The notes under the pieces were generated by a model that saw only the letters and a program-made list of their open reading frames with translations, made no database searches and was not told the DNA's origin. The position numbers and the translations under genes were made by a program. Below are positions 8,858-16,511 of a DNA stretch of 32,000 bases, piece after piece. Source of the DNA: Ignicoccus hospitalis KIN4/I (lineage in GTDB: Archaea > Thermoproteota > Thermoprotei_A > Sulfolobales > Ignicoccaceae); contig NC_009776.1 of assembly GCF_000017945.1 (NCBI RefSeq), positions 480,001 through 512,000 on the forward strand, in the 5' to 3' direction. Positions within the stretch are counted from its first letter, which is position 1, and every line of letters begins with the position of its first letter.

Positions 8858-10344
8858 CCTATCACCCCCGCGAGCAGTACTGGCATCTGGTGAACAGCCT
8901 TAATTAGCGGGTCCATTACGAGGGCTGGCACGACGCCTATTATGACGCTTATCGCGAGCAAGTACAGTATGGGGCCTATGTGGTAGAACCGAACGTCCTT
9001 TACCTCCAGAGGCGGGCGGGTGAAGAGCATCCTCTGAGCGTCCCATATCAAGTAGCCCGTGACGGTCGCTATGGCTATTAACAGTAGTGCCAACACCAAG
9101 GAGCCTGCGGGGTTGTACTTTGCCATGCCAGCTGCCGAGGCCACCAAGCTGAGCTCCGCCGGGTAGCCGCTGGTGCCCGGCAGCCCGAAGCCGGCGAAGA
9201 TAGCAACCATTATTACGGTGCTGAGTATCGGCGCCACGAAGGCCAGCCCCCTTATGGCGGGTATCTTCCTAGTGTGGCAGTAGTGCTTTATGACCCCGCT
9301 GAGCAAGAACAGCGCCCCTACCACGAAGCTGTGGGATATCATTTCGAATACTGAACCTATGAAGCCTAGCAACGAAGCTTCCTTGAGGCCCAAGGCCCAT
9401 ACGGCGGCCCCTATGGTGCTCATGCTCATGTGAGTGATGCTGGTATATGCAACTACCCTCTTGAAGTCCTCTTGAGCTATGGCCACGGTGGAGGCGTATA
9501 CCGCCGCCAGAGCCGCCCAGACCGCTATGAAGGGTAGGGCACCCATTAGGACGTAGGGTGCCATTCCCAAGGTTATCCTTATGAACGCGTAGCCGCCCAT
9601 CTTTAGCATCAGCGACGCCAGTATGACGGAGCTCGGACTGGGCGCCTCCACGTGGGCGGCGGGGAGCCACGTGTGGAACGGCGGGACCGGCATCTTGATG
9701 AAGAACGACAGCAAGGTTAGCCAAGCGAAGGCTACCTTAACCCAGTCCGGCGCCACCGCCAAAGAGGCGGCGAACTCCGTGAAGTCGAAGGTGTTGGCCC
9801 CGTAGAGCCAGCCCAGCGCTATGGCAACCAACAACATTAACCCTCCCACTTGGGTGTACACGAAGAACTTGTAGGCCGCGTACACCTTCCTCTCGCCGCC
9901 CCAGTAAAGTATGTGGATGAACATTGGCAACAGCGTGAACTCCCAGAAGAGGTAGAACCAGAAGAGGTTCCACGTCGCGAAGACCCCTATGAGGGCTGCC
10001 TCTGAGGCCAGCATTAGTGCCAAGTACAGCCTGGGCCTTTCCTCAATCTCCCAGCTGGCCGCCCAAGCTACGGCGATGAAGATGAGCGCGGTTATCGCTA
10101 AGAAAAGCGAGCTGAGCGCGTCCACTCTGAAGGTCAAGTCAGCCCCTATGGCGTGGAGGCCCGGTATGACGTAGCTCTCCGAATAGATCCCCCCGGAGGC
10201 CCCGACTACTATGGGCTTCGCCAGCAGTAAGGCGATAATTACCGTTATGACGGCCGCAAAAGCCTTGGCCTTCCTTTCACCTATTAGCAACACTCCTACC
10301 GACGCTAAGGCCGCTATTATTATGGATACTAACACCTCACACAC
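8854..10344 (-). CDS. nuoM: NADH:quinone oxidoreductase antiporter-like subunit M
   Basis: 496 aa polytopic protein. The WLPAAHVEAPSPSSVILASLMLKMGGYAF motif is NuoM-type. Confidence 0.85.
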   Translation of the reverse strand: MCEVLVSIIIAALASVGVLLIGERKAKAFAAVITVIIALLLAKPIVVGASGGIYSESYVIPGLHAIGADLTFRVDALSSLFLAITALIFIAVAWAASWEIEERPRLYLALMLASEAALIGVFATWNLFWFYLFWEFTLLPMFIHILYWGGERKVYAAYKFFVYTQVGGLMLLVAIALGWLYGANTFDFTEFAASLAVAPDWVKVAFAWLTLLSFFIKMPVPPFHTWLPAAHVEAPSPSSVILASLMLKMGGYAFIRITLGMAPYVLMGALPFIAVWAALAAVYASTVAIAQEDFKRVVAYTSITHMSMSTIGAAVWALGLKEASLLGFIGSVFEMISHSFVVGALFLLSGVIKHYCHTRKIPAIRGLAFVAPILSTVIMVAIFAGFGLPGTSGYPAELSLVASAAGMAKYNPAGSLVLALLLIAIATVTGYLIWDAQRMLFTRPPLEVKDVRFYHIGPILYLLAISVIIGVVPALVMDPLIKAVHQMPVLLAGVIG

Positions 10345-10347
10345 GGC

Positions 10348-12426
10348 TTACCACCCCACACCGAACAACAATATCAGCGTTACAAACATCAATAACGTCA
10401 GCCCTGCCGCTGAGAGCGCTACGTAGAGGTTTATATCGCCGTTCTGTAGCTCGAGAGCCTTCTTGCCCAGCTTGACTACAGACCTCGCAAGTCCGTCGAT
10501 CACCTTGACGTCCCAGTAGTCCTCGTCCGCCAGCCTAACGCTTACAGCCCAGCCCCACGCGTAGGCGCGGCCTATGAAGAAGGCCATCCCGACCAAGAAG
10601 GCTGTATAAGCCCTCTCGACGGCGTCCACCGCCTTCGACAGCGCGTAAGCCCAGAAGTTGGCCACGGAGTGGAAGAACTCGTGGAACCAGAACTCCTTGT
10701 AGAGCGGGTACCAGACCTTCCTTATTATCCCGCCCCTCTCGGCGACGCCCATTAGCACGTAGTAGGTGATGGGCGTTAGGAAGCCTATTATGGCCAAGGT
10801 TAGGGCCGCGTTGCCCAGAGGGAGCTCGTACCTAGGCAAGCCCTCGTGGGCCCGGAGCGCCTTCTTCAGCGCGAACGTTATCGTAGGGCCGGAGACTAGG
10901 ACTATCAGCGCTAGGGTAACCAATGCGAACTTCATCGCGGGGCCGGCGTCGTGGAGGTGCTCCCCGTGTGCCTTCCAGCGCGGCTTGCCGAAGAAGGTGA
11001 GGTACAGCAGCCTTCCGCTGTAGAAGCCGGTCAAGCCGGCCGCTAAGGTGAGCGTCACCCCTACAGCTAAGGCGTGGGGGACCGGGCTGTGGAGCGCGCT
11101 CTCTATTATTAGCTCCTTAGACCACCAGCCTGAGAAGGGCGGCAGGCCTATCAAGCTCAAGAGCGCTATTAACGTCACCACGAAGGTAACTTTCATGTAC
11201 CTCCACAGCCCGCCCATGTTGAACATGTCCCTAGCCTTGTAGGGGTGATGCAAGACGTGCTCTAAGGAGTGTATGACCGCGCCCGCGCCCAAGAACAGGA
11301 GGGCCTTGAAGAAGGCGTGTATGTACAAGTGCGCCGCCCCGGCGACCAAGCTCCCCAATCCCAGAGCGGCGAACATGTAGCCCAGCTGGCTCATGGTGGA
11401 GAAAGCTATCACCTTCTTTATGTCTCTCGCCGCCGCGCCGAACAAGCCCGCGACCAGCGCGGTCACCGCTCCGACTATCGCTATGAAGTCCATCAGTGCC
11501 AGGTTGAAAGCTATGAACTCCTCGTACAAGGGGAAGAGCCGGGCTATTAGGTAAGCGCCGGCCGCCACCATGGTGGCGGAGTGGAGCACGGCGGAGACGG
11601 TCGTGGGTCCCTCCATGGCGTCGGAGAGCCACGGCCAGAAGGGCACTTGGGCGCTCTTGCCGAAGGCCCCTATGGTTATCCCTACCAGTATTGCGGTCAG
11701 CGCCGCCGCCCCCAGCCACTTCTGGAACGCTAAGGTCTCGTAGTGCTGAAGCTCCAAGACGTTACCCGTGCCCGCCAAGGCTATGAGCGCGCCCAAGCCT
11801 GCCAAGAAGAATAAGTCCGCCACCCTGGTGACCAGTATTGCCTTCCTCCCCGCCCTCACCGCGTTAGGACCTATAATTGGGTCGTACCAGTAGTAGGAGA
11901 TCAGCAGGAAGCTGGCAGCTCCCACCAGTTCCCAGAACAACATTATCAAGACCAAGTTTCCAGAGAGCACTATACCTTCCATCGAAGCCAAGAACAGCAT
12001 CATTTCGCTGTAGTACCGGTTGGGGCCGCGGGCGCCGGCCATGTATTCCCAGCTGTACACCAAGTCCAAGAAGGTTATCGTAGCTACTACTATTGCCATT
12101 ATTCCTGAAATAGTGTCAATGAGGAGGGAGAAGTCGTTGGGATGTGAGGGCAGGGGGTACCACGAGTAGTACTTAATCTCGTAGCTCTTGCCGTAGCCCT
12201 CCGCAAGCAAGTAAGCGGTAGCTAAGACCACTACCCCCGCCGTCGCGACCGCTAAGGACCACTCCCACCAGTCCTCCCTGTCGCCGGCCCACAAAGGCTT
12301 GAACTTAATCTTCTTCTTGTACAATGGACTGAGCAGCACAATTATTGAGATCACTAACGGCAAAGCTATGGGAACTGGCGCGACCAACGCTAAGCTCGGC
12401 GGGACTTGGTGAGACGCGCCTTCCAT
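10348..12426 (-). CDS. nuoL: NADH:quinone oxidoreductase antiporter-like subunit L
   Basis: 692 aa with the NuoL-type motif WLSDAMEGPTTVSAVLHSATMVAAGAYL and a long C-terminal extension consistent with the lateral helix. Confidence 0.9.
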   Translation of the reverse strand: MEGASHQVPPSLALVAPVPIALPLVISIIVLLSPLYKKKIKFKPLWAGDREDWWEWSLAVATAGVVVLATAYLLAEGYGKSYEIKYYSWYPLPSHPNDFSLLIDTISGIMAIVVATITFLDLVYSWEYMAGARGPNRYYSEMMLFLASMEGIVLSGNLVLIMLFWELVGAASFLLISYYWYDPIIGPNAVRAGRKAILVTRVADLFFLAGLGALIALAGTGNVLELQHYETLAFQKWLGAAALTAILVGITIGAFGKSAQVPFWPWLSDAMEGPTTVSAVLHSATMVAAGAYLIARLFPLYEEFIAFNLALMDFIAIVGAVTALVAGLFGAAARDIKKVIAFSTMSQLGYMFAALGLGSLVAGAAHLYIHAFFKALLFLGAGAVIHSLEHVLHHPYKARDMFNMGGLWRYMKVTFVVTLIALLSLIGLPPFSGWWSKELIIESALHSPVPHALAVGVTLTLAAGLTGFYSGRLLYLTFFGKPRWKAHGEHLHDAGPAMKFALVTLALIVLVSGPTITFALKKALRAHEGLPRYELPLGNAALTLAIIGFLTPITYYVLMGVAERGGIIRKVWYPLYKEFWFHEFFHSVANFWAYALSKAVDAVERAYTAFLVGMAFFIGRAYAWGWAVSVRLADEDYWDVKVIDGLARSVVKLGKKALELQNGDINLYVALSAAGLTLLMFVTLILLFGVGW

Positions 12427-12494
12427 TATTTAGACACCGAATTGAGAGGGAAGAAAGGCGTTGATAAAACTCATCTTCCGGGCCTCGTAGCGGC

Positions 12495-13034
12495 CTAGTA
12501 AACGAGGACCTCTACCTCGTCCCCGTCCTTAAGTTTCAACGCCTTCCTCAACTCCACGGGCGAAATTAACTCTATTATCTCCGGCGGGTGGTGGGTCTTC
12601 AGGGGTATAACCAAAGCCGCCTCCACCCCACTGACCCTCGCCGGGAACGCCAAGACCTCCCCATACCTCTTCCCGTTCTCCGTAAATCCCTTCAATATTA
12701 TCGGTCTTTTGAACATAAGGGTAGACTTCTTCTCCGTGGATGTTGGGTCCAACAGCACGTTGAGGGTACCGGGGAAGGGGTCGAAGCCCAGCTTCTCCCT
12801 CACTTGCCTCCGGTAGCCCTCTAGGGATAGGTAGTACCTCCCCTCCCCGTCCCCGCTCACCACCTTGCCTTTCAAAGATATGGGCTTGGAAATCAGTTGT
12901 TGAATAAGCTCCATTCCCTTCTCCGTAATCCTCAAATCCTCTGTAAGCAACTTCGCCTTCTTCAGGGATTCCAAGTCCTCCTTCAAGGCCTTGTAGGGGT
13001 CTCCCTTGAGGACGTAGTATAGGGCCGCCAGCAA
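12495..13034 (-). CDS. ribK: CTP-dependent (archaeal) riboflavin kinase
   Basis: 179 aa with GKVVSGDGEGRYYLS...FPGTLNV...THHPPEIIELISP, the archaeal RibK pattern, behind a short helical N-terminal region. TTG start with an in-frame TAG four codons upstream. A TATA box lies ~31-39 nt upstream. Confidence 0.8.
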   Translation of the reverse strand: MLAALYYVLKGDPYKALKEDLESLKKAKLLTEDLRITEKGMELIQQLISKPISLKGKVVSGDGEGRYYLSLEGYRRQVREKLGFDPFPGTLNVLLDPTSTEKKSTLMFKRPIILKGFTENGKRYGEVLAFPARVSGVEAALVIPLKTHHPPEIIELISPVELRKALKLKDGDEVEVLVY

Positions 13035-14343
13035 CCGCAGTACCTACTGCGCCGACGCCCTCGTTTTTATAAGGCATGGGCGGAGGTGGGCTTCGGGAAG
13101 CGGGACTTGGTGAACGTGGTGGCAGCGCTGGCAGCGCTGGTGGCCGGCCTGCTGGCGATGTTGGTGACCGCTGCCGTGCTCCAGCTGTTGCGCCCTGTGA
13201 TAGATATGTCGGTTGACGCGCTGACGTCTGGCCTCTCGTCGACGGTATCGATGTTGGTGGCCCTGGTGGTAACTTACTTACTCGTGCTCTCTCACTAAGG
13301 GGGTGATCGTGATGGATTTGAAACTGATACTGGCTATTATAGTATTCATAACCGCTTGGGTCGTGACCTACACCGCCTTGCAGACCGCCGGCAAGTTCAT
13401 AATACACACCGCCGTCAACCTGATACCCCCTATAGTCGGCGTGATAGTGGCCTCCCAAGTCTACGCCATGCTGGCCGCCTGAGAACGCTTGGAAGTACTG
13501 GTTCCTCACGTCGTCCACTAACAAGTGCAAGTAGATTTGAGTAGTTTTTATGTCGCTGTGGCCTAAGAGCCTTTGCACGGCGGGCAAGCTCATCCCCCTC
13601 CTAAGCGCCTCCGTGGCGAAGGTGTGCCTCAGCGCGTGGGGGTGGAGCTTGTGCTCCGGCAAGCCCGCCTTCTTAGCTAACCTCTTGAGCCTCTTGTACA
13701 GCGCTTGATAGCTGAGCGGAACTAGCCTTCCCGAGGGAGCAATATAGCTCCAAGCCCTCCGGAGGGCCTCCTCCGTCAGAGGGCCGTAGAACACCACGCG
13801 CTCCTTGCCGTACTTACCCCTAACCGCTATCTGCCTCCGGCGGAAGTCCACCTTGTCCAAAGTTACGTTAAGGGCCTCGGAGGCCCGTAAGCCTGTCTCA
13901 AGGAGCAAGCTGACTATTAGGAAGTCTATAGGGTCTTCGTAGGCCGCTTGGAGCAACGCCGCCACCTCTTCGGGCTTCAAGGCCTCTACGCTGTCCTTCC
14001 TAGGCTTGGGGACCGCCGGCAAGCCCTCCAAGCCCAACCACTTGAGGAAGTTCCTGACGAACAAGCTGTAGTAGTGCAAGGTAGTCTGTTGTGCCCTCTT
14101 GTCCTTCTTGACGCTCCGCGGGAAACCCTCCTTCATCCTCTTCCTCACCCACTTGACGTAGTCCTCGTACTTGACCTCGCCGACCCTCTTGTCGCCCACC
14201 ACGCTCAAGAAGTCCTTGAGCGCGGATCTATAGCTCTTCAAGGTTTTCTTGTTTGCGCCCGAAACCTCCATGAATTCTAGGTATTCCTCTATCGCAGACG
14301 AGAGGGGCTCGTCCGGCGACGGCTTGAGGGGCGGCTCCTTCAT
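12529..14343 (-). CDS. xerA: XerA/XerC-type tyrosine recombinase. The homologous core is ~13483-14343 only; the frame then stays open for 317 more codons to 12529.
   Basis: N-terminal SAM-like domain (AIEEYLEFMEVSGANKKTLKSYRSALKDFL) and catalytic residues in ETGLRASEAL, HALRHTFAT and LGHSDIKTTQIYLH. There is no in-frame stop where recombinases normally end. The tail is P/G/R/S-rich and overlaps other genes. Confidence 0.8.
   Translation of the reverse strand: MKEPPLKPSPDEPLSSAIEEYLEFMEVSGANKKTLKSYRSALKDFLSVVGDKRVGEVKYEDYVKWVRKRMKEGFPRSVKKDKRAQQTTLHYYSLFVRNFLKWLGLEGLPAVPKPRKDSVEALKPEEVAALLQAAYEDPIDFLIVSLLLETGLRASEALNVTLDKVDFRRRQIAVRGKYGKERVVFYGPLTEEALRRAWSYIAPSGRLVPLSYQALYKRLKRLAKKAGLPEHKLHPHALRHTFATEALRRGMSLPAVQRLLGHSDIKTTQIYLHLLVDDVRNQYFQAFSGGQHGVDLGGHYHADYRGYQVDGGVYYELAGGLQGGVGHDPSGYEYYNSQYQFQIHHDHPLSERARVSKLPPGPPTSIPSTRGQTSARQPTYLSQGATAGARQRSPTSPAGRPPALPALPPRSPSPASRSPPPPMPYKNEGVGAVGTAVAGGPILRPQGRPLQGLEGGLGIPEEGEVAYRGFEDYGEGNGAYSTTDFQAHIFERQGGERGRGGEVLPIPRGLPEASEGEAGLRPLPRYPQRAVGPNIHGEEVYPYVQKTDNIEGIYGEREEVWGGLGVPGEGQWGGGGFGYTPEDPPPAGDNRVNFARGVEEGVET
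13064..13073. promoter_or_regulatory. Shared TATA element (TTTTTATAAG / CTTATAAAAA) for ribK and the divergent small-membrane-protein operon
   Basis: This is the only A/T-rich element in the 51-nt spacer. Its position suits leaderless or short-leader transcripts in both directions. Confidence 0.4.
13086..13298 (+). CDS. Small two-TM membrane protein (start uncertain: GTG 13086, TTG 13107 or GTG 13110)
   Basis: 70 aa with two hydrophobic helices (VVAALAALVAGLLAMLVTAAVLQLL and TVSMLVALVVTYLLVL). A second small ORF preceded by a strong SD follows 13 nt later. Confidence 0.45.
   Translation: MGFGKRDLVNVVAALAALVAGLLAMLVTAAVLQLLRPVIDMSVDALTSGLSSTVSMLVALVVTYLLVLSH
13312..13482 (+). CDS. Small two-TM membrane protein (56 aa, below the ORF-track cut-off)
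   Basis: Hand-translated as MDLKLILAIIVFITAWVVTYTALQTAGKFIIHTAVNLIPPIVGVIVASQVYAMLAA, ending at TGA 13480-13482. It is preceded by GGGGGTGATC (13299-13308), a near-perfect match to the archaeal anti-SD. Confidence 0.55.
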   Translation: MDLKLILAIIVFITAWVVTYTALQTAGKFIIHTAVNLIPPIVGVIVASQVYAMLAA

Positions 14344-14396
14344 TGCGTTCCCGCTTCGCGTATTAGCTCTCAGAGAAGGTTTATTAGGGAGCGAGT

Positions 14397-14711
14397 GTGG
14401 AGACCTTTCCCCTCTTCTTAGCCCTCCTAACGGTCTACTTGTTCCTTGGACTGGCCGACTACTTCACTACCTTGGCCGTGGTCGAAAGCGGGGAGGGGAG
14501 GGAGGTCAACCCGATAATGGCCCCGCTCGTGGCGGCCGGGGAGCCGGCGCTGTGGGCGCAGCTGGCATCTGGGGCGCTCTCCGCGGCCTTCTACCTAGTG
14601 GACCCCGGGGAGGCCCTCGTCGGCCTCTTAATAGTCACGGTTCTGAAGGCCTTAGTAGTTGTGAACAACTCGATAAACGCCTACCTAGTCGTGTTAAAGT
14701 TAAGGAAGTGA
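14397..14711 (+). CDS. Small membrane protein with an E-x-N-P motif (DUF5658-like, from memory)
   Basis: 104 aa with 3-4 hydrophobic segments and GREVNPIMAPL after the first helix. Its TGA overlaps the GTG of the downstream ABC ATPase (GTGA). Confidence 0.55.
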   Translation: METFPLFLALLTVYLFLGLADYFTTLAVVESGEGREVNPIMAPLVAAGEPALWAQLASGALSAAFYLVDPGEALVGLLIVTVLKALVVVNNSINAYLVVLKLRK

Positions 14712-15295
14712 GGTTCGGGAAGAGGGTCGTGGTCGAAGAGCAAGAAGTGCTAATTGAGAGGGGCGTGAGCTGTTTGGTTGGCCCCTCCGGGCTGGGGAAG
14801 AGCACCTTCCTCAAACAACTCCTAAAGGAGCTTTCTTGGCCTTACGTGCCTCAAGAGCTGAAGTTCCCTCCCGGGAGGGTCGCGGAGCTGGCGGCCCACT
14901 TAGCTTCCCTGAACCACTGCGCGAGCCCCCGTACGTACCTCAAGAACTTCGTTGAATTGATGGGAGAGCTCAACCTAGGCCCGGAGTACCTCCACAAGGG
15001 CGTTTGGGAGCTCAGCTCGGGGGAGAGACAGAGGGTCGCAGTAGCCTTGCAGCTGGCCAGGGGGTGCTGCTCTCTGCTCGCCGACGAGCCCACCTCCCAA
15101 CTCGACCCGCAGAACTCCGCAAAACTTATGGACACTATAAAGAAGAGGACTAAGGTTTCCTTCGTGGTGACCCACGACCCCGTGGCCTTGGGCTTCTGCG
15201 ACCGCGTCTTCACGCTGAGGGAAGGGGTATTGGTAGAAGAGGTAATCTCAAAGGACTGTTTGGAGGGGTGCGTTAGATGTTTCCTACCCTCTTAA
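14708..15295 (+). CDS. Compact ABC-transporter ATP-binding protein (195 aa)
   Basis: Walker A GPSGLGKST, Q-loop YVPQE, signature LSSGERQRV, Walker B LLADEPTSQLD and H-loop VVTHD. The upstream 153 codons of the listed ORF are R/G/P-rich and overlap the xerA start and the small membrane ORF, so I start the gene at GTG 14708. Confidence 0.8.
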   Translation: MRFGKRVVVEEQEVLIERGVSCLVGPSGLGKSTFLKQLLKELSWPYVPQELKFPPGRVAELAAHLASLNHCASPRTYLKNFVELMGELNLGPEYLHKGVWELSSGERQRVAVALQLARGCCSLLADEPTSQLDPQNSAKLMDTIKKRTKVSFVVTHDPVALGFCDRVFTLREGVLVEEVISKDCLEGCVRCFLPS

Positions 15296-16511
15296 ACTTA
15301 TCTTTGGACTTGAGGGGGGCGGTGGCGTCGAGCCCCATCTTGCTAGTCAAGCCGTCTTGTGAGCTCGGGTCCAAGGAGGAGCCCCGGGCGTTCTTTATCA
15401 CTATTAAGTCCTCGTGGGCTTGGAACCGCGTCGCTATGGCCCACTCCACTTGGTAAGGGTCGTCGGGGTCCACGTCCGGGTCTACAACCACTACGTGCTT
15501 CAAAGAGGGGTGGCCGGCGAACGCGGCCATTATGGCGTTCTTCGCGTCTCCGTCGACGTTCTTCTCAACGCTCACGACGGCGTGAAGCCACATTCCCCCT
15601 CCCCTCGTCAGCCTCACCTTGTGAACCTTGGGTACGACCTTCCTCACGGAGTCCCATATGCTAGCCTCCTTCGGGTACCCCATTAGGAACTGGTGCTCCA
15701 CACCCCCGGGCAGAATTATGTGGAGGGGCTCCTCGCCGACGTAAACGGCGTCGACCTCCAGCACGGGCTCCTTCCTCACGGAGTCGTAAGTGTGGAGCAA
15801 GTCTACGAACGGGCCCTCGTCTACCCTCTCGGCGGTTATGCGGCCCTCTATGACGGCCCCCGCGCGGGCGGGAACGGGGAGGGAGTACAAGGGCGTCTTG
15901 CTCACCTCCAAGGAGCCGGCGAGGCTTGCAGCGACCTCCAGCTCGAACTCCCCGAAGGGGAGGGAGAGGGCCGCGGCGAACTCCACCTCGCTGGGGGCGC
16001 CTATCACTACCGCTACCTTGAGTTCTTCCCCTCTCTCGAGGGCTTCTTTGTACATCTTGTACAAGTGACGGGGTACCATCCTTAAGGCGGCCTTGCGGGG
16101 CCCCAAGTACATCGTTCTGTGGTAAGAGGCGTTGCAGACGTCGTCCAAACAAGCGACGTAGACGCTCGCCGTGTGGTAAGCTCCCCCGTCCTCTGGGTAG
16201 AACTTGACCCAAGGCAAGTAATCCAAGCTATCCACCTTTCTGTACGAGAACGGAACTATCTCCATCGTACCCTTTTTATAGTGCAAGAGCTTCTCATAGG
16301 CCTCCTCGTCGCTCCCCGCGTTCAAGGCCTTCCAGACGGCCTCCCTTGAGGAGTAGAGGGCCGAGACTACCTCCGGCTCCCAACCCTCCACCTTATAGAT
16401 TACTGGCTTTCCGAGCCTCTCGTACTTTTCTAAGACCTCCTTTACCCTCTCCCGCGGGACCTCGCCTATCCTCTCCGCGCCCAAAGCCTCCGCCAGCTCG
16501 GAGAGCCTCAC
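15273..16511 (-). CDS. UbiD-family decarboxylase (candidate anhydromevalonate phosphate decarboxylase of the archaeal mevalonate pathway)
   Basis: 412 aa with UbiD-like blocks (GGAYHTASVYV, DEGPFVDLLHTYD, VEWAIATRFQAHEDL) and shorter than canonical UbiD. GTG start in a GTGA overlap with the upstream MobA-like gene. Confidence 0.8.
   Translation of the reverse strand: MRLSELAEALGAERIGEVPRERVKEVLEKYERLGKPVIYKVEGWEPEVVSALYSSREAVWKALNAGSDEEAYEKLLHYKKGTMEIVPFSYRKVDSLDYLPWVKFYPEDGGAYHTASVYVACLDDVCNASYHRTMYLGPRKAALRMVPRHLYKMYKEALERGEELKVAVVIGAPSEVEFAAALSLPFGEFELEVAASLAGSLEVSKTPLYSLPVPARAGAVIEGRITAERVDEGPFVDLLHTYDSVRKEPVLEVDAVYVGEEPLHIILPGGVEHQFLMGYPKEASIWDSVRKVVPKVHKVRLTRGGGMWLHAVVSVEKNVDGDAKNAIMAAFAGHPSLKHVVVVDPDVDPDDPYQVEWAIATRFQAHEDLIVIKNARGSSLDPSSQDGLTSKMGLDATAPLKSKDKFKRVGNI

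Noticed and set aside
13483-14343. xerA as marker of an integrated mobile element / genomic island
   Set aside because: The domain pattern matches the housekeeping XerA/XerC type. No flanking direct repeats, tRNA-fragment att sites, or viral or plasmid genes were seen. Neighbours are housekeeping genes.
14249-14707. N-terminal 153 codons of the listed 348-aa ORF preceding the ABC ATPase
   Set aside because: G/R/P-rich. It overlaps the xerA start on the opposite strand and the 104-aa membrane ORF on the same strand. The ABC domain begins right at GTG 14708, which forms a GTGA junction with the upstream gene.
15661-16212. 183-aa minus-strand ORF and several 90-130-aa plus-strand ORFs inside the UbiD-like gene
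   Set aside because: Arg/Gly/Pro-dominated alternative-frame products within a gene that carries clear UbiD-family blocks.
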